Positions 16,105 to 24,003 of a DNA stretch of 57,380 nucleotides are shown here, piece after piece. Position numbers and translations under genes: made by a program. Below the pieces are notes generated by a model. It had not been told where the DNA came from and did no database searches. It saw only the letters and a program-made list of their open reading frames with translations. Source of the stretch: a virus; IMG/VR virus record IMGVR_UViG_3300005077_000022, positions 1 through 57,380 of that record. One strand, given 5' to 3'. Numbering within the stretch: position 1 is the stretch's first letter; every line of letters begins with the position of its first letter.

Positions 16105-16593
16105 TTACGCGGCCTTGTGGCCGATCTTCTTGGCGAGCGCCGCGAGCGCTGCGCCCTTCACCCGCGCCACGGGTGGCACGGCAACCTCCCGCACCTTCTT
16201 CTCGCGTGGCTTGCGCTCCTTCGGCTCCCGCACCTTCTTCTCGCGGGGCTTGCGCTCCTTCGGCGGCTCCGGTGGTGGCAAGCTCACCCTGCACCCCGTG
16301 CCCGGCACGTCCACCGTGTGCACGCCCCGGTTGAGGGTCCACCCCTCCATCGCGTCTCCACGCAGGGCCAGCCCGATGCCCTCGCTCGCCTTCTCGGCGC
16401 GGCGCTGGTACCGACGCGCCTTCGTCGCCAGCCCCTTGAGTGCAGCGCGCCTGAACGCGGCCGCTGCCTTCAAGATCACTGCCAGCGCGCCAACGACCTC
16501 CGTGGCGACGTGCGAGTCTGGCACCACTCGCCCGCACTGGTACAGAAACACCGCTCGTTCCGTTCCGCTCGCTTTCGCGGTCATCTTGGCCAT
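16105..16593 (-). CDS. Lys/Arg-rich protein with tandem KERKPREKKVREP repeat (possible nucleic-acid binding)
   Basis: 162-aa ORF. The C-terminal half is PPPEPPKERKPREKKVREPKERKPREKKVRE...AALAALAKKIGHKAA. Confidence 0.55.
   Translation of the reverse strand: MAKMTAKASGTERAVFLYQCGRVVPDSHVATEVVGALAVILKAAAAFRRAALKGLATKARRYQRRAEKASEGIGLALRGDAMEGWTLNRGVHTVDVPGTGCRVSLPPPEPPKERKPREKKVREPKERKPREKKVREVAVPPVARVKGAALAALAKKIGHKAA
16188..16265. repeat. Two tandem 39-bp units (2 mismatches) inside 16105..16593
   Basis: Read directly: cccgcaccttcttctcgcg(t/g)ggcttgcgctccttcggc(t/g). Confidence 0.85.
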
Positions 16594-16682
16594 GATTGGC
16601 CTCCTTCTCCTGTCCGGTCGTGTGTGTGTGCTGACCGTGAGCAGGAGGAAGGGGGCACGGCCCCCTTCCCTCTACCAGCGTG
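16594..16682 (-). promoter_or_regulatory. Degenerate cassette (hairpin 1 only)
   Basis: Minus strand: TGA-cacgctggtAGAGGGAA-[GGGGGC cgt GCCCCC]-TTCC...ACAGGAGAAGGAGGCCAATC-ATG. No TCCCAAG hairpin. Confidence 0.5.
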
Positions 16683-16868
16683 TCAGTCCTCCTCTCGCTC
16701 CCCGTGGGTCCCGTGGGTGTCGCACCACCACACCGCCACCCACACCGGCCCCGTGTCCGGGGGGCCAGCATCCAGTTCGTCCACGATCACGCAGTGACAA
16801 CCCTGCACATGGCAGCACGGGCAGGGTTCTGCGTGGTCCGTCACGCAGCGGCGGCGACCCGCTTCCAT
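16683..16868 (-). CDS. Small Cys/His-rich protein, 61 aa
   Basis: MEAGRRRCVTDHAEPCPCCHVQGCHCVIVDE...WWCDTHGTH. ATG 16868 overlaps the end of the DUF932 gene by 28 nt. Confidence 0.4.
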   Translation of the reverse strand: MEAGRRRCVTDHAEPCPCCHVQGCHCVIVDELDAGPPDTGPVWVAVWWCDTHGTHGEREED

Positions 16869-17905
16869 TCGCCCTCGGGCAGGGTGAGCACCTGCCCCCC
16901 TCCCCGCTCCATCTCCACGGAGCGGTCGTAATCCTCAGTGTCCTGTGCGGCCCGCGTCACCGCGTTCACCAGCCCCCACCGGGACAACGCGCCCCCGGTG
17001 ACGAGGTGCCGGAGGACGTTCACCCGCTCCCCGTCCGTGAGGGACAGGACCTTGCCCACCGCCTCCACGGCCTTCACCGGGTCGCCCGTGATGGGTTCCC
17101 CGGCAGCGCTCCGCATCCGCTCCAGCACGGGCTGGAACGTGGCCTCGCTCAACGCCCCCCGCACCACGTCCCTGACCTTGAGGAGGAAGGCGTGGTCGTC
17201 CGCCTTCAACGCCTCGTCGGTGAGCATCTTGTAGACCTCGCCCTCATCCAGCCGGGTCTGCGCCCCGACGTGCTGCTGCCGCAACTTTCGGTCGGGCAGC
17301 ACCAGTCCGTTGAGGCACACCAACCTCAGCACCAGCGGGGTCACCGCCAGTGCCCCGAGGCCGATCTCGGAGTTCGTGATCTCCAGCCCGGCCTCCACGA
17401 CGTCCCCCTTGGCCACCTCCCCCTGCACCCGGGGGGTGGTCACCCGCACGTACAGCCGCCGTTCCGTCACGGCCAAGGACCGCACTTGCAGATCCGGCAT
17501 CTCCCCCAGCACCGGGAGGATGATGCCCAGCACGTCCGCGTGGTCGATCCTCTGGTACCGGTCGCTGAGGAACGCCCGCATCCGGGTCCCGTGTGCCCGG
17601 ATCATCCGTCGCTCCGGGGCGGCCGTGAACCAGTGGTTCACGTTGTCCGCGAGCAGGGCGGGCGCTTCCGCCCTCATCCGCTCGTAGTACGGGGCCGGGA
17701 TCTTCAACCGCGCCGCCACCTGTCCGTGGGCGGTGTCCGTGGCGGTGAGGTCGTGGGTGGTGCCGATCCGGTCGAGGTCCACCCGAAAGTTCCCGTCCGC
17801 ATCCATCCGCAGGGACCGGGTGTCCACCACCATGTCCCGCTTCTGTTCGGCGTCAGCCAGCACGCGCTCGGCCAACGCCTCCACCGATTCGATCTGTTGC
17901 AACAT
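16841..17905 (-). CDS. DUF932-family protein (phage/plasmid-associated)
   Basis: ATG 17905 (MLQQIESVEALAERV...). LKIPAPYYERMRAEAPALLADNVNHWF and RAFLSDRYQRIDHADVL match the family pattern as I recall it. Confidence 0.75.
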   Translation of the reverse strand: MLQQIESVEALAERVLADAEQKRDMVVDTRSLRMDADGNFRVDLDRIGTTHDLTATDTAHGQVAARLKIPAPYYERMRAEAPALLADNVNHWFTAAPERRMIRAHGTRMRAFLSDRYQRIDHADVLGIILPVLGEMPDLQVRSLAVTERRLYVRVTTPRVQGEVAKGDVVEAGLEITNSEIGLGALAVTPLVLRLVCLNGLVLPDRKLRQQHVGAQTRLDEGEVYKMLTDEALKADDHAFLLKVRDVVRGALSEATFQPVLERMRSAAGEPITGDPVKAVEAVGKVLSLTDGERVNVLRHLVTGGALSRWGLVNAVTRAAQDTEDYDRSVEMERGGGQVLTLPEGEWKRVAAAA

Positions 17906-18038
17906 GACGTCCTCCTGCCCGGCGCGGGGCCGGGCGTGTGTGTGCGCCGCACGTCGGGTGCGGCTCCGAACGGGTCTGCACGGGCTTGGGACCGTGCCGC
18001 CGCATTGCCGGGGGCCTCGCGGCCCCCGTCCCTCTGCG
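17906..18038 (-). promoter_or_regulatory. Intercistronic two-hairpin cassette, copy E (with about 60-nt insertion carrying two extra hairpins)
   Basis: Minus strand: TGA-CGCAGAGGGAC-[GGGGGCC gcga GGCCCCC]-GGCAATGCGGCG-[GCACGG TCCCAAGC CCGTGC]-...[GCCGCAC ccgac GTGCGGC]...[CCCGGC cccgc GCCGGG]-CAGGAGGACGTC-ATG. Confidence 0.8.
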
Positions 18039-18434
18039 TCACTTGGCATCCGGCTTCGCCAACACCTCCTCGTATTTGCGGACCACCCACTCCACGTCCA
18101 TCCCCGCCGGTGCCACCCCGGCGGCCACGGACCCGTTCAGCACGTTCCGGAGGTTGTCGGGGCGCACCCCCAGCAACCGGATGAGGTGGAACCACTCCTG
18201 CGCCGACGTGCCGGTGTGATAGGCGACGGTGATGCACATCAGCGCCGTCCCTAAAAACAGACTCTTGATCTCCGCGTTGAACCCCTTTTCGGGGCCGAGA
18301 GCGATCACTACGGTCACCAGATCCCGGCACACCTCGGTGAATGACAGGGCCAGTGCCTGCATCGTCACCCCGTGTTCCCGCCACGCCCCACCGACCAACT
18401 CCTCCACTGCGTCCAACTGCGCTTTCTTGGCCAT
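18039..18434 (-). CDS. Hypothetical protein, 131 aa; paralogue of 15632..16015
   Basis: ATG 18434 (MAKKAQLDAVEELVGG...). See the alignment under 15632..16015. Confidence 0.6.
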   Translation of the reverse strand: MAKKAQLDAVEELVGGAWREHGVTMQALALSFTEVCRDLVTVVIALGPEKGFNAEIKSLFLGTALMCITVAYHTGTSAQEWFHLIRLLGVRPDNLRNVLNGSVAAGVAPAGMDVEWVVRKYEEVLAKPDAK

Positions 18435-18526
18435 GATCTCCTCCTGTGCTGCGGTGTGATGTGGCCGGGGCTTGGGACCCGGCCTGCCGCATTGCCGGGG
18501 GGCACAGGCCCCCCGCCCCTCTGCGA
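18435..18526 (-). promoter_or_regulatory. Intercistronic two-hairpin cassette, copy F
   Basis: Minus strand: TAG-TCGCAGAGGGGC-[GGGGGGC ctgt GCCCCCC]-GGCAATGCGGCAG-[GCCGGG TCCCAAGC CCCGGC]-CACATCACACCGCAGCACAGGAGGAGATC-ATG. Confidence 0.8.
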
Positions 18527-18979
18527 CTACATCTGCAACGCTTCGATGTGCTCGGCGGTGGTGGCTTCCGCTTTGGCCCGGCGTTCCACCCCCTGCGCCT
18601 TGTACACCGCGTCCTGTTCGATCCCCTTCGTCACTCCCCGGAGGAACGCGGATCGCCCCTCGCTGGCGACGTTGGTGCGCAATCCGATGTGCCGCTCCAC
18701 TGCCTCCACCAGCGACACGTCCTCGAAGCACTCGTCTCCGTCCCCCGGCCGGATGCGCCGCTTGAGGAACGCCCCGTGCACCCGCTCCAGCACCGCCAGC
18801 CGCACGCGCCACTCGTGTGCGTTCTTGGCGTTTATGTGGCCCAGCTTCACGTTCATCGCCACCCAAACGAGGGCGTGCGTTTCGGGCCGCATCACCGTCT
18901 TGCCGGGATGGTCGGGGTCGTCCATCCAACACACGGTCTGCCACTCTGCGATCTGCTCCAGACTCCACGTTAAGGCCAT
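18527..18979 (-). CDS. Hypothetical protein, 150 aa
   Basis: ORF MALTWSLEQIAEWQTVCWMDDPDHPGKTVMRPETHALVWVAMNVKLGHINAKNAHEW... preceded by cassette G. No family recognised. Confidence 0.6.
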   Translation of the reverse strand: MALTWSLEQIAEWQTVCWMDDPDHPGKTVMRPETHALVWVAMNVKLGHINAKNAHEWRVRLAVLERVHGAFLKRRIRPGDGDECFEDVSLVEAVERHIGLRTNVASEGRSAFLRGVTKGIEQDAVYKAQGVERRAKAEATTAEHIEALQM

Positions 18980-19058
18980 CGTGTCCTCCTGTGTTGTGGC
19001 CGGGACTTGGGACCCGGCTGTGCATTAACGGGGGCCATGCAGCCCCCGTCCCTCTGCG
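18980..19058 (-). promoter_or_regulatory. Intercistronic two-hairpin cassette, copy G
   Basis: Minus strand: TAG-CGCAGAGGGAC-[GGGGGC tgcatg GCCCCC]-GTTAATGCACA-[GCCGGG TCCCAAGT CCCGGC]-CACAACACAGGAGGACACG-ATG. Confidence 0.8.
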
Positions 19059-19595
19059 CTACGCCACCGCGAGGTCGCTGACCCGGCCACCGACCAGCCG
19101 GGCCACGGCCTTCAGCATGGCCTCGGAGTGGGAAGTCCCACACCGATAGTCCACCACCTCCACCGCCCCCCGCCGCGTCACGAACGCGAACAACCGCTCC
19201 CCGCATAGTACGGCGCGGGGGGAGTCGGGGTGGCAGTCCGTCCGGTCCAGCGTGGCGGTCAGGGTCAGGAGCCTCGGGGCTTCGTCGGTGCAGTCAGGCT
19301 CGCCGCCGAACGTCACGGTGAGCCGGTACGGCATCATCGCCTGAGTGCCCGCGAAGCGGGTCAGCACCCGCACCACCGCCTTCCGCTGCGAGGCGGTGAG
19401 GCCATCCGGGGCAGCACCCATCGCAGCCCGCACTGACGCCGCCACGTTCAGCGGGTCCGGTTCCGGGCTGGCTTCGTTCAACATCACCCGCCACCGCAGG
19501 TGTTCAGCGGGCTGGTCCACCGGGCACGGGGCACCGACCAGCGTGCAGCACGGATCGTCCGCCGTGCATCCACACGAACAGCAAACATGGGCCAT
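19059..19595 (-). CDS. Hypothetical protein, 178 aa, Cys-rich N-terminus; first gene of the cassette module
   Basis: ATG 19595: MAHVCCSCGCTADDPCCTLVGAPCPVDQ... preceded by cassette H. Confidence 0.6.
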   Translation of the reverse strand: MAHVCCSCGCTADDPCCTLVGAPCPVDQPAEHLRWRVMLNEASPEPDPLNVAASVRAAMGAAPDGLTASQRKAVVRVLTRFAGTQAMMPYRLTVTFGGEPDCTDEAPRLLTLTATLDRTDCHPDSPRAVLCGERLFAFVTRRGAVEVVDYRCGTSHSEAMLKAVARLVGGRVSDLAVA

Positions 19596-19675
19596 CGTCT
19601 CCTCCTGTGTTGTGGCCGGGACTTGGGACCCGGCGTGTGCATTAGAGGCGCCGTTGCGCCTCCCCTCTGCAACGG
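19596..19675 (-). promoter_or_regulatory. Two-hairpin cassette, copy H (leader copy, no gene upstream)
   Basis: Minus strand: TTGCAGAGGGGA-[GGCGC aacg GCGCC]-TCTAATGCACAC-[GCCGGG TCCCAAGT CCCGGC]-CACAACACAGGAGGAGACG-ATG. Confidence 0.8.
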
Positions 19676-20131
19676 ACCAGCAACCTGCGTCGCCAGTCCG
19701 TGAGGGGCCATGTCGCGTGCCCCTCTCGTGCGCGTTGATTCCGATTGGGCCTTTCGTCCGTAGCCAGACGGGCCGTTGTGCGTGTGTCCCCACCCTCCAA
19801 CCGTGCATGGGTGCCCTTGCGGCTTCCCTCCGGGGCCATGCACCGCTGTCACCACCACACCACGCACCACCGCCCGCCAGCCAAGCCGCCTGCGCGCCCT
19901 GCGCGCCCCCGTACCCCCCACCACCGTCTCGGCCTACCGGGTCACATCCAACCGTCCTCTCCGCGTCTCCCCCACCGTCACCGCTCACCGGGGCTTATCC
20001 CCCGGTGGCTTCCCCCTGACGGCTCGCCTTGGCCTTCTCACAGGGGGCTATGGCCCGCGCTCCTCGCCTCCACCGGCCCGGCTAAGGGGCAGTGGGGGGT
20101 GTGGCGAGTGGCGGACACGCGCCGCCCGGGG

Positions 20132-20185
20132 TCAGTAGACCCACCCCCGGTCGGCGGCCACGTACTTTGGGCTCTGTTTTGGCAT
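20132..20185 (-). CDS. 17-codon mini-ORF (MPKQSPKYVAADRGWVY) with strong RBS in the otherwise non-coding region
   Basis: Hand translation. GGAGAGGAAG lies immediately upstream of ATG 20185. Could be a leader peptide or chance. Confidence 0.15.
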   Translation of the reverse strand: MPKQSPKYVAADRGWVY

Positions 20186-20300
20186 CTTCCTCTCCTGCCT
20201 GATGGTAACGCACCGCCGACGTTGGTACAAGGACCCGGCGCAACAAAGTTCCGCAAGGAAAACAGGGAGTTAGGCCATCCCTAGAACTCTGGGACGCACG

Positions 20301-20480
20301 GGGGCTACGGGCGGGGGCCACGGGCCACAGGCAGGGCCACGGGGGGCCACGGGGGGCCACAGGGGAGCCACAGGCTTGGGCCACAGGGGGGCCACGGGGC
20401 CACGGGGCGTGGCCGGGAGGGACGTGCCTAGCCACGGGCGACCGCGCCGCGTGGTGGCCCTGTATGGGGCTACAGGGGGC
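20301..20480. repeat. Array of about 10 direct GCCAC(G/A)GG repeats at 7-13 bp (mostly 10-11 bp) spacing, plus variants and 2 inverted copies
   Basis: Read directly: GCCAC begins at 20317, 20324, 20336, 20346, 20356, 20367, 20380, 20391, 20399 and 20431. GCTAC variants near 20304 and 20469. Inverted GTGGC near 20409 and 20454. Confidence 0.75.
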
Positions 20481-23382
20481 CGAGTGGCATCCCCCGCGAC
20501 CGGGGAGTGCTGGGGGGCGGGGTGGGGGTGATGGTCGGGGTGATGGTCGGGGTGATCCCGCCGGGGGTGGGGGTGTCCGGGGGGGTCAGGGGGGGGGTCA
20601 GGGTGGGGGTCAGGGCGGGGGTGTCGGTGGGCGTCACCGTGGGGGTGTCGGTGGCCACAGGCGTCGGCGTGTGCGGGTACCCCTGTACCTCCTCGTCCAG
20701 CGGCGGGGTGGGGGTCACAGTCGGGGTCTCGGTCTGGGTGATGGTCGGCGACGGCGACGGTGTGTGGGGGTACCCCTGCGCTTCATCGTCCAGCGGAGCC
20801 GTGGGGGTGGCCGTGGGGGTCTCGGTCGGGGTGATGGTCGGGGTCTGTGTCGGCGAGGCCGTGGGGGTGTGGGGGTACCCGTCCACCTCATCATCCAACG
20901 GCGGGGTGGGAGTCACCGTCGGGGTCTCCGTTGCCCCCCCGGTTGGCGTCAGCGTCGGGGTCACGGTCGGGGTGATAGTTGGCGTCGGCGTCAACGTCGG
21001 CGTCAACGTGGGCGAGGCAGTCGGGGTGTGGGGGTAAGCATCCACCTCATCATCCAACGGCGGCGTCGGCGTTGCCGTGGCACCAGTAGTCGGGGTGATG
21101 GTCGGGGTGAACGTCAGCGTAGGAGTGGCCGTGGGCGTGTGGGTGCGCGTTGGACGCGGTGTGTCCGTGGGGGCAGGCGTCTGCAGTTGGTAGACCACCA
21201 CGATGCCCGGCCCCGGATACAGGGTGGAGTTGCGCGGCCGCACCGACAACTGGTTCAGCCCCGTGGGTGCCCCGCCGTCCACGAACAGGCGCAGGCTCGT
21301 GTCCCCCGTGCGGCTCACGGTGGCCGGGCTGGTCAACGGCACCGAGAAGTCCCCGGCGGCGGTGATGCCAGACAGGGGCGTGGAGAACGCGGAACTGGAG
21401 GCCGTGGTGGTCCAGTCGTCCGCGCATTCGAATCGTGCCCCCCAATCGTACCACTCCCCGGTGAACGCCCGGGCGTCCGCCGACGTGGCCGCGCCCCACG
21501 CCGCGAACGTCACCGTGGCGCTGGTCACCGTGGCGGCGTCCGGGATCGCCGAGGTGTCCCACTGCACCCCGCCGATGGCCACCTGATAGGACCCGCCTGT
21601 TCCGTTGCGGGCCACGGTGAGCAACGTGGCGTCCGTCTCGGAGGCGCAGGTGGCGGGCGGATACGTGGCGGACGTGGCGCTGGTCAACTGGACGTCCTGC
21701 TCGTTGTACCCACTGCACACCGCGTAGCCGGGGGTGGTGCAGGCGGTGTCTACCGCGCACGCCCGGTACTGCACCCCTCCCGTGCCCCCATCCGTGTCCT
21801 CCGGGGCACACCCCGTGCGGTCCGCCGCGCACACCCCCAGCCGGCACGCCAGCGTGTAGGTCACCGCCGTGGGCGTTGGCGTCGGGGTGATGGTCGGGGT
21901 GAGCGTCGGGGTGAACGTGGCCGTGGCCGTTGGCGTGTGCGGGTACCCGTCCACCTCATCATCCAGCGGAGCCGTTGGGGTCGGCGACGGCAGGCCCGTG
22001 GGGGTAGCCGTCAGGGTGGGCGTGATGGTCGGCGTCAGGGTCGGCGTCGGCGTGGTCGTCACCGTGGGGGTGTGGGGGTACCCGTCTACCTCATCGTCCA
22101 GTGGCGGCGTCGGCGTGTGAGTGGCCGTGGCCGTTGGGGTGATGGTCGCCGTCAACGTCGGCGTGTGCGTGCGCGTGGGGGTCAGGGTGGGGGTGAGCGT
22201 CGGCGTGTGCGTGCGCGTCGGCGTCAAGGTCGGCGTCAAGGTCGGCGTGTTCGTGGGGGTCCGCGTCGGCGTGTGAGGGTACCCGTCCACCTCATCATCC
22301 AACGGCGGCGTCGGCGTTGCCGTGGGCATCCCCGTGGGGGTGACCGTCGCCGTGTTGGTGGGCGTCAGCGTCGGCGTGTGGGTGGCCGTCCGAGTTGGGG
22401 TCGAAGTCGGGGTGGCCGTCCCCGTGCGCGTGGGCGTGTGCGTGGGGGTGTGGGTGGGAGTGAGCGTGGGCGTGTTGGTGGCCGTCACCGTGGGGGTGTG
22501 GGGGTACCCGTCCACCTCGTCGTCCAGCGGCGGCGTGGGGGTCGAGGTGGCCGTGTTGGTCGGGGTGATTGTCGCCGTCCGCGTGGGAGTAGACGTCGGC
22601 GTGCGCGTCGGCGTGTGGGTGGCCGTCCGCGTCGGCGTGCGCGTGGCCGTGTGGGTGGGGGTTCGGGTCGGCGTCAGGGTCGGCGTCGGGGTCGCAACAG
22701 CCTCGTGGCACACCTCAAGCTGTGGCGGGTTCGTTTGCCCGTACCCTTCCACGGTCAGGTAGTTGTCGCTCGTGGGGGTTGTGCTGTCGCACGTCCACCG
22801 GAATCCCGTGGACCCCTTGCGGTCGATGGCGTCGATCAACGCCAGCGAAAAGGCATGGTACGCCCCGGAGGAAATCGCCGTGATGGCCGTCCCAGCGTGC
22901 GCGTTGCCGCCCGCCACCTCCGTGTAGTCTCCCGTGGTGAGCGGCGGTGTCCATGTGTAGTAACTGCCAAGCACGGAGGCCGTGCCAGCCTTCGCGGCGA
23001 TGTACAGGGACAGGGTGGCACTCGTGATGGTGGCATCGTCAGGCAGGGACGAGGTGTCAAACCGGAACACCCCGTTGTAATTCGTGTAGGACGGTGCCGC
23101 CTGCTTCATAATGCGGACGTAGCTGGTGGTGGACACGGCCGTGGCCGTGGGGATGGGCCACGAGGCGCTGGTGCCGTAGACGTGGCCGTCCTCTCCGTCT
23201 GTCGGCACGGCGAACGTGACGCACACGGTCGGCACGGGCGTCACCGTGGGGGTGTGGGTCGGGGTGTGGGGGTACCCAGCGACCTCGTCACTCAGTGGCG
23301 GCGTGGGGGTGGCGGTCTGTGCCCTCGCGGTTGCCGCCAGTGCGAGAATCAGCCAGACCGCGCAACGGGCGGCACGAGCAAT
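20470..23382 (-). CDS. Large secreted repeat protein: signal peptide, two paralogous beta-rich domains, (TPT)n linkers, nine [14 protein letters not shown] motifs
   Basis: ORF track starts at GTG 23244. The frame is open upstream and encodes (I/M)[41 protein letters not shown], so the start is proposed at ATT 23382 or CTG 23397. The domains share [20 protein letters not shown] / [19 protein letters not shown]. Confidence 0.65.
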   Translation of the reverse strand: MARAARCAVWLILALAATARAQTATPTPPLSDEVAGYPHTPTHTPTVTPVPTVCVTFAVPTDGEDGHVYGTSASWPIPTATAVSTTSYVRIMKQAAPSYTNYNGVFRFDTSSLPDDATITSATLSLYIAAKAGTASVLGSYYTWTPPLTTGDYTEVAGGNAHAGTAITAISSGAYHAFSLALIDAIDRKGSTGFRWTCDSTTPTSDNYLTVEGYGQTNPPQLEVCHEAVATPTPTLTPTRTPTHTATRTPTRTATHTPTRTPTSTPTRTATITPTNTATSTPTPPLDDEVDGYPHTPTVTATNTPTLTPTHTPTHTPTRTGTATPTSTPTRTATHTPTLTPTNTATVTPTGMPTATPTPPLDDEVDGYPHTPTRTPTNTPTLTPTLTPTRTHTPTLTPTLTPTRTHTPTLTATITPTATATHTPTPPLDDEVDGYPHTPTVTTTPTPTLTPTITPTLTATPTGLPSPTPTAPLDDEVDGYPHTPTATATFTPTLTPTITPTPTPTAVTYTLACRLGVCAADRTGCAPEDTDGGTGGVQYRACAVDTACTTPGYAVCSGYNEQDVQLTSATSATYPPATCASETDATLLTVARNGTGGSYQVAIGGVQWDTSAIPDAATVTSATVTFAAWGAATSADARAFTGEWYDWGARFECADDWTTTASSSAFSTPLSGITAAGDFSVPLTSPATVSRTGDTSLRLFVDGGAPTGLNQLSVRPRNSTLYPGPGIVVVYQLQTPAPTDTPRPTRTHTPTATPTLTFTPTITPTTGATATPTPPLDDEVDAYPHTPTASPTLTPTLTPTPTITPTVTPTLTPTGGATETPTVTPTPPLDDEVDGYPHTPTASPTQTPTITPTETPTATPTAPLDDEAQGYPHTPSPSPTITQTETPTVTPTPPLDEEVQGYPHTPTPVATDTPTVTPTDTPALTPTLTPPLTPPDTPTPGGITPTITPTITPTPPPSTPRSRGMPLGPL

Positions 23383-23393
23383 CGGCGCACCCG

Positions 23394-23963
23394 TCAGTCG
23401 GTGGTGGTGATGACAAGGCCGCGATAATCGACTTCAGCCCCGGCGATGCCCTTGTTCGCCAGCACCTTGCACGTCACTTCCGCACTGGCACACGCGGTGC
23501 CAACCGCACATTGGGCTCCGGTGGCCTGATTGTACAGGGGCCATCCAGCGGACGAATCCACGTTGAGCAACCGTTGCCCTGCACTGACTCCACCAGCGGC
23601 ACCCCAACTACTCCCGTAGGTGCTGACGACGTCGGTAGCCCCGTCTGTGATGGCAATGCAATACACGTCCCATTCTACGCTAGTTGAGGTGTTGGTCGAT
23701 TCCGTGCGCCACCGCACTTGCGCGTAATAGTTGCGGCTCCCGTCCGGGAGGTTCTTGAAATGGAGGTAGAAGTACTCGCCCTCGTTGCACGCCACCACCG
23801 GCTGGGGCACCGTGGAGTCGCGAGTGGTGACCACACACGCATTCGACGCAGGCAGGGTGATGCCCGCCAGTCCCACTTGAATGGTTCCGGCGGCGAACGC
23901 CGCGCCGCTCAGGCTCGCCCACAGGGCCACTGCTGCCAATGCCACTCGCGCTGCGTGCTTCAT
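23394..23963 (-). CDS. Secreted hypothetical protein, 189 aa
   Basis: ATG 23963 after GGGAGGGA: [26 protein letters not shown] (signal peptide). Cys-containing beta-rich body. Confidence 0.6.
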   Translation of the reverse strand: MKHAARVALAAVALWASLSGAAFAAGTIQVGLAGITLPASNACVVTTRDSTVPQPVVACNEGEYFYLHFKNLPDGSRNYYAQVRWRTESTNTSTSVEWDVYCIAITDGATDVVSTYGSSWGAAGGVSAGQRLLNVDSSAGWPLYNQATGAQCAVGTACASAEVTCKVLANKGIAGAEVDYRGLVITTTD

Positions 23964-24003
23964 CGTGTCCCTCCCGTTTGTCCTTCCGTCCGTCTGCCTC
24001 ACG

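Noticed and set aside
19745-20435. ORFs in the 19.7-20.4 kb gap (19745..20284 +, 19776..20138 +, 20038..20256 -, 20082..20435 -, 19642..19839 -).
   Set aside because: Pro/Arg/Gly-dominated translations with no SD sequence or coupling. They overlap the iteron array or the leader cassette, so the region is treated as non-coding.
20500-22700. Regular short nucleotide periodicity (ggtgggggt / gtcggggtg) that superficially looks like a repeat array or CRISPR. Also seen at 25300-25560 and 55870-56290.
   Set aside because: It is the antisense of (Thr-Pro-Thr)n coding sequence inside long ORFs. There are no unique spacers of constant length and no cas genes.
20675-23301. DEVD within [14 protein letters not shown] as a caspase-type cleavage site.
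   Set aside because: A tetrapeptide coincidence with a eukaryotic protease specificity. Nothing in a phage or bacterial context supports it.
20464-23427. Very long plus-strand ORFs (for example 20464..23427 987 aa, 26150..29212 1020 aa, 15719..18184 821 aa, 6540..7970 476 aa, 15..1418 467 aa).
   Set aside because: They are antisense to well-supported minus-strand genes and are Arg/Gly/Pro/His-rich with no domain-like segments or RBS. They are the expected stop-poor frames of a high-GC genome.
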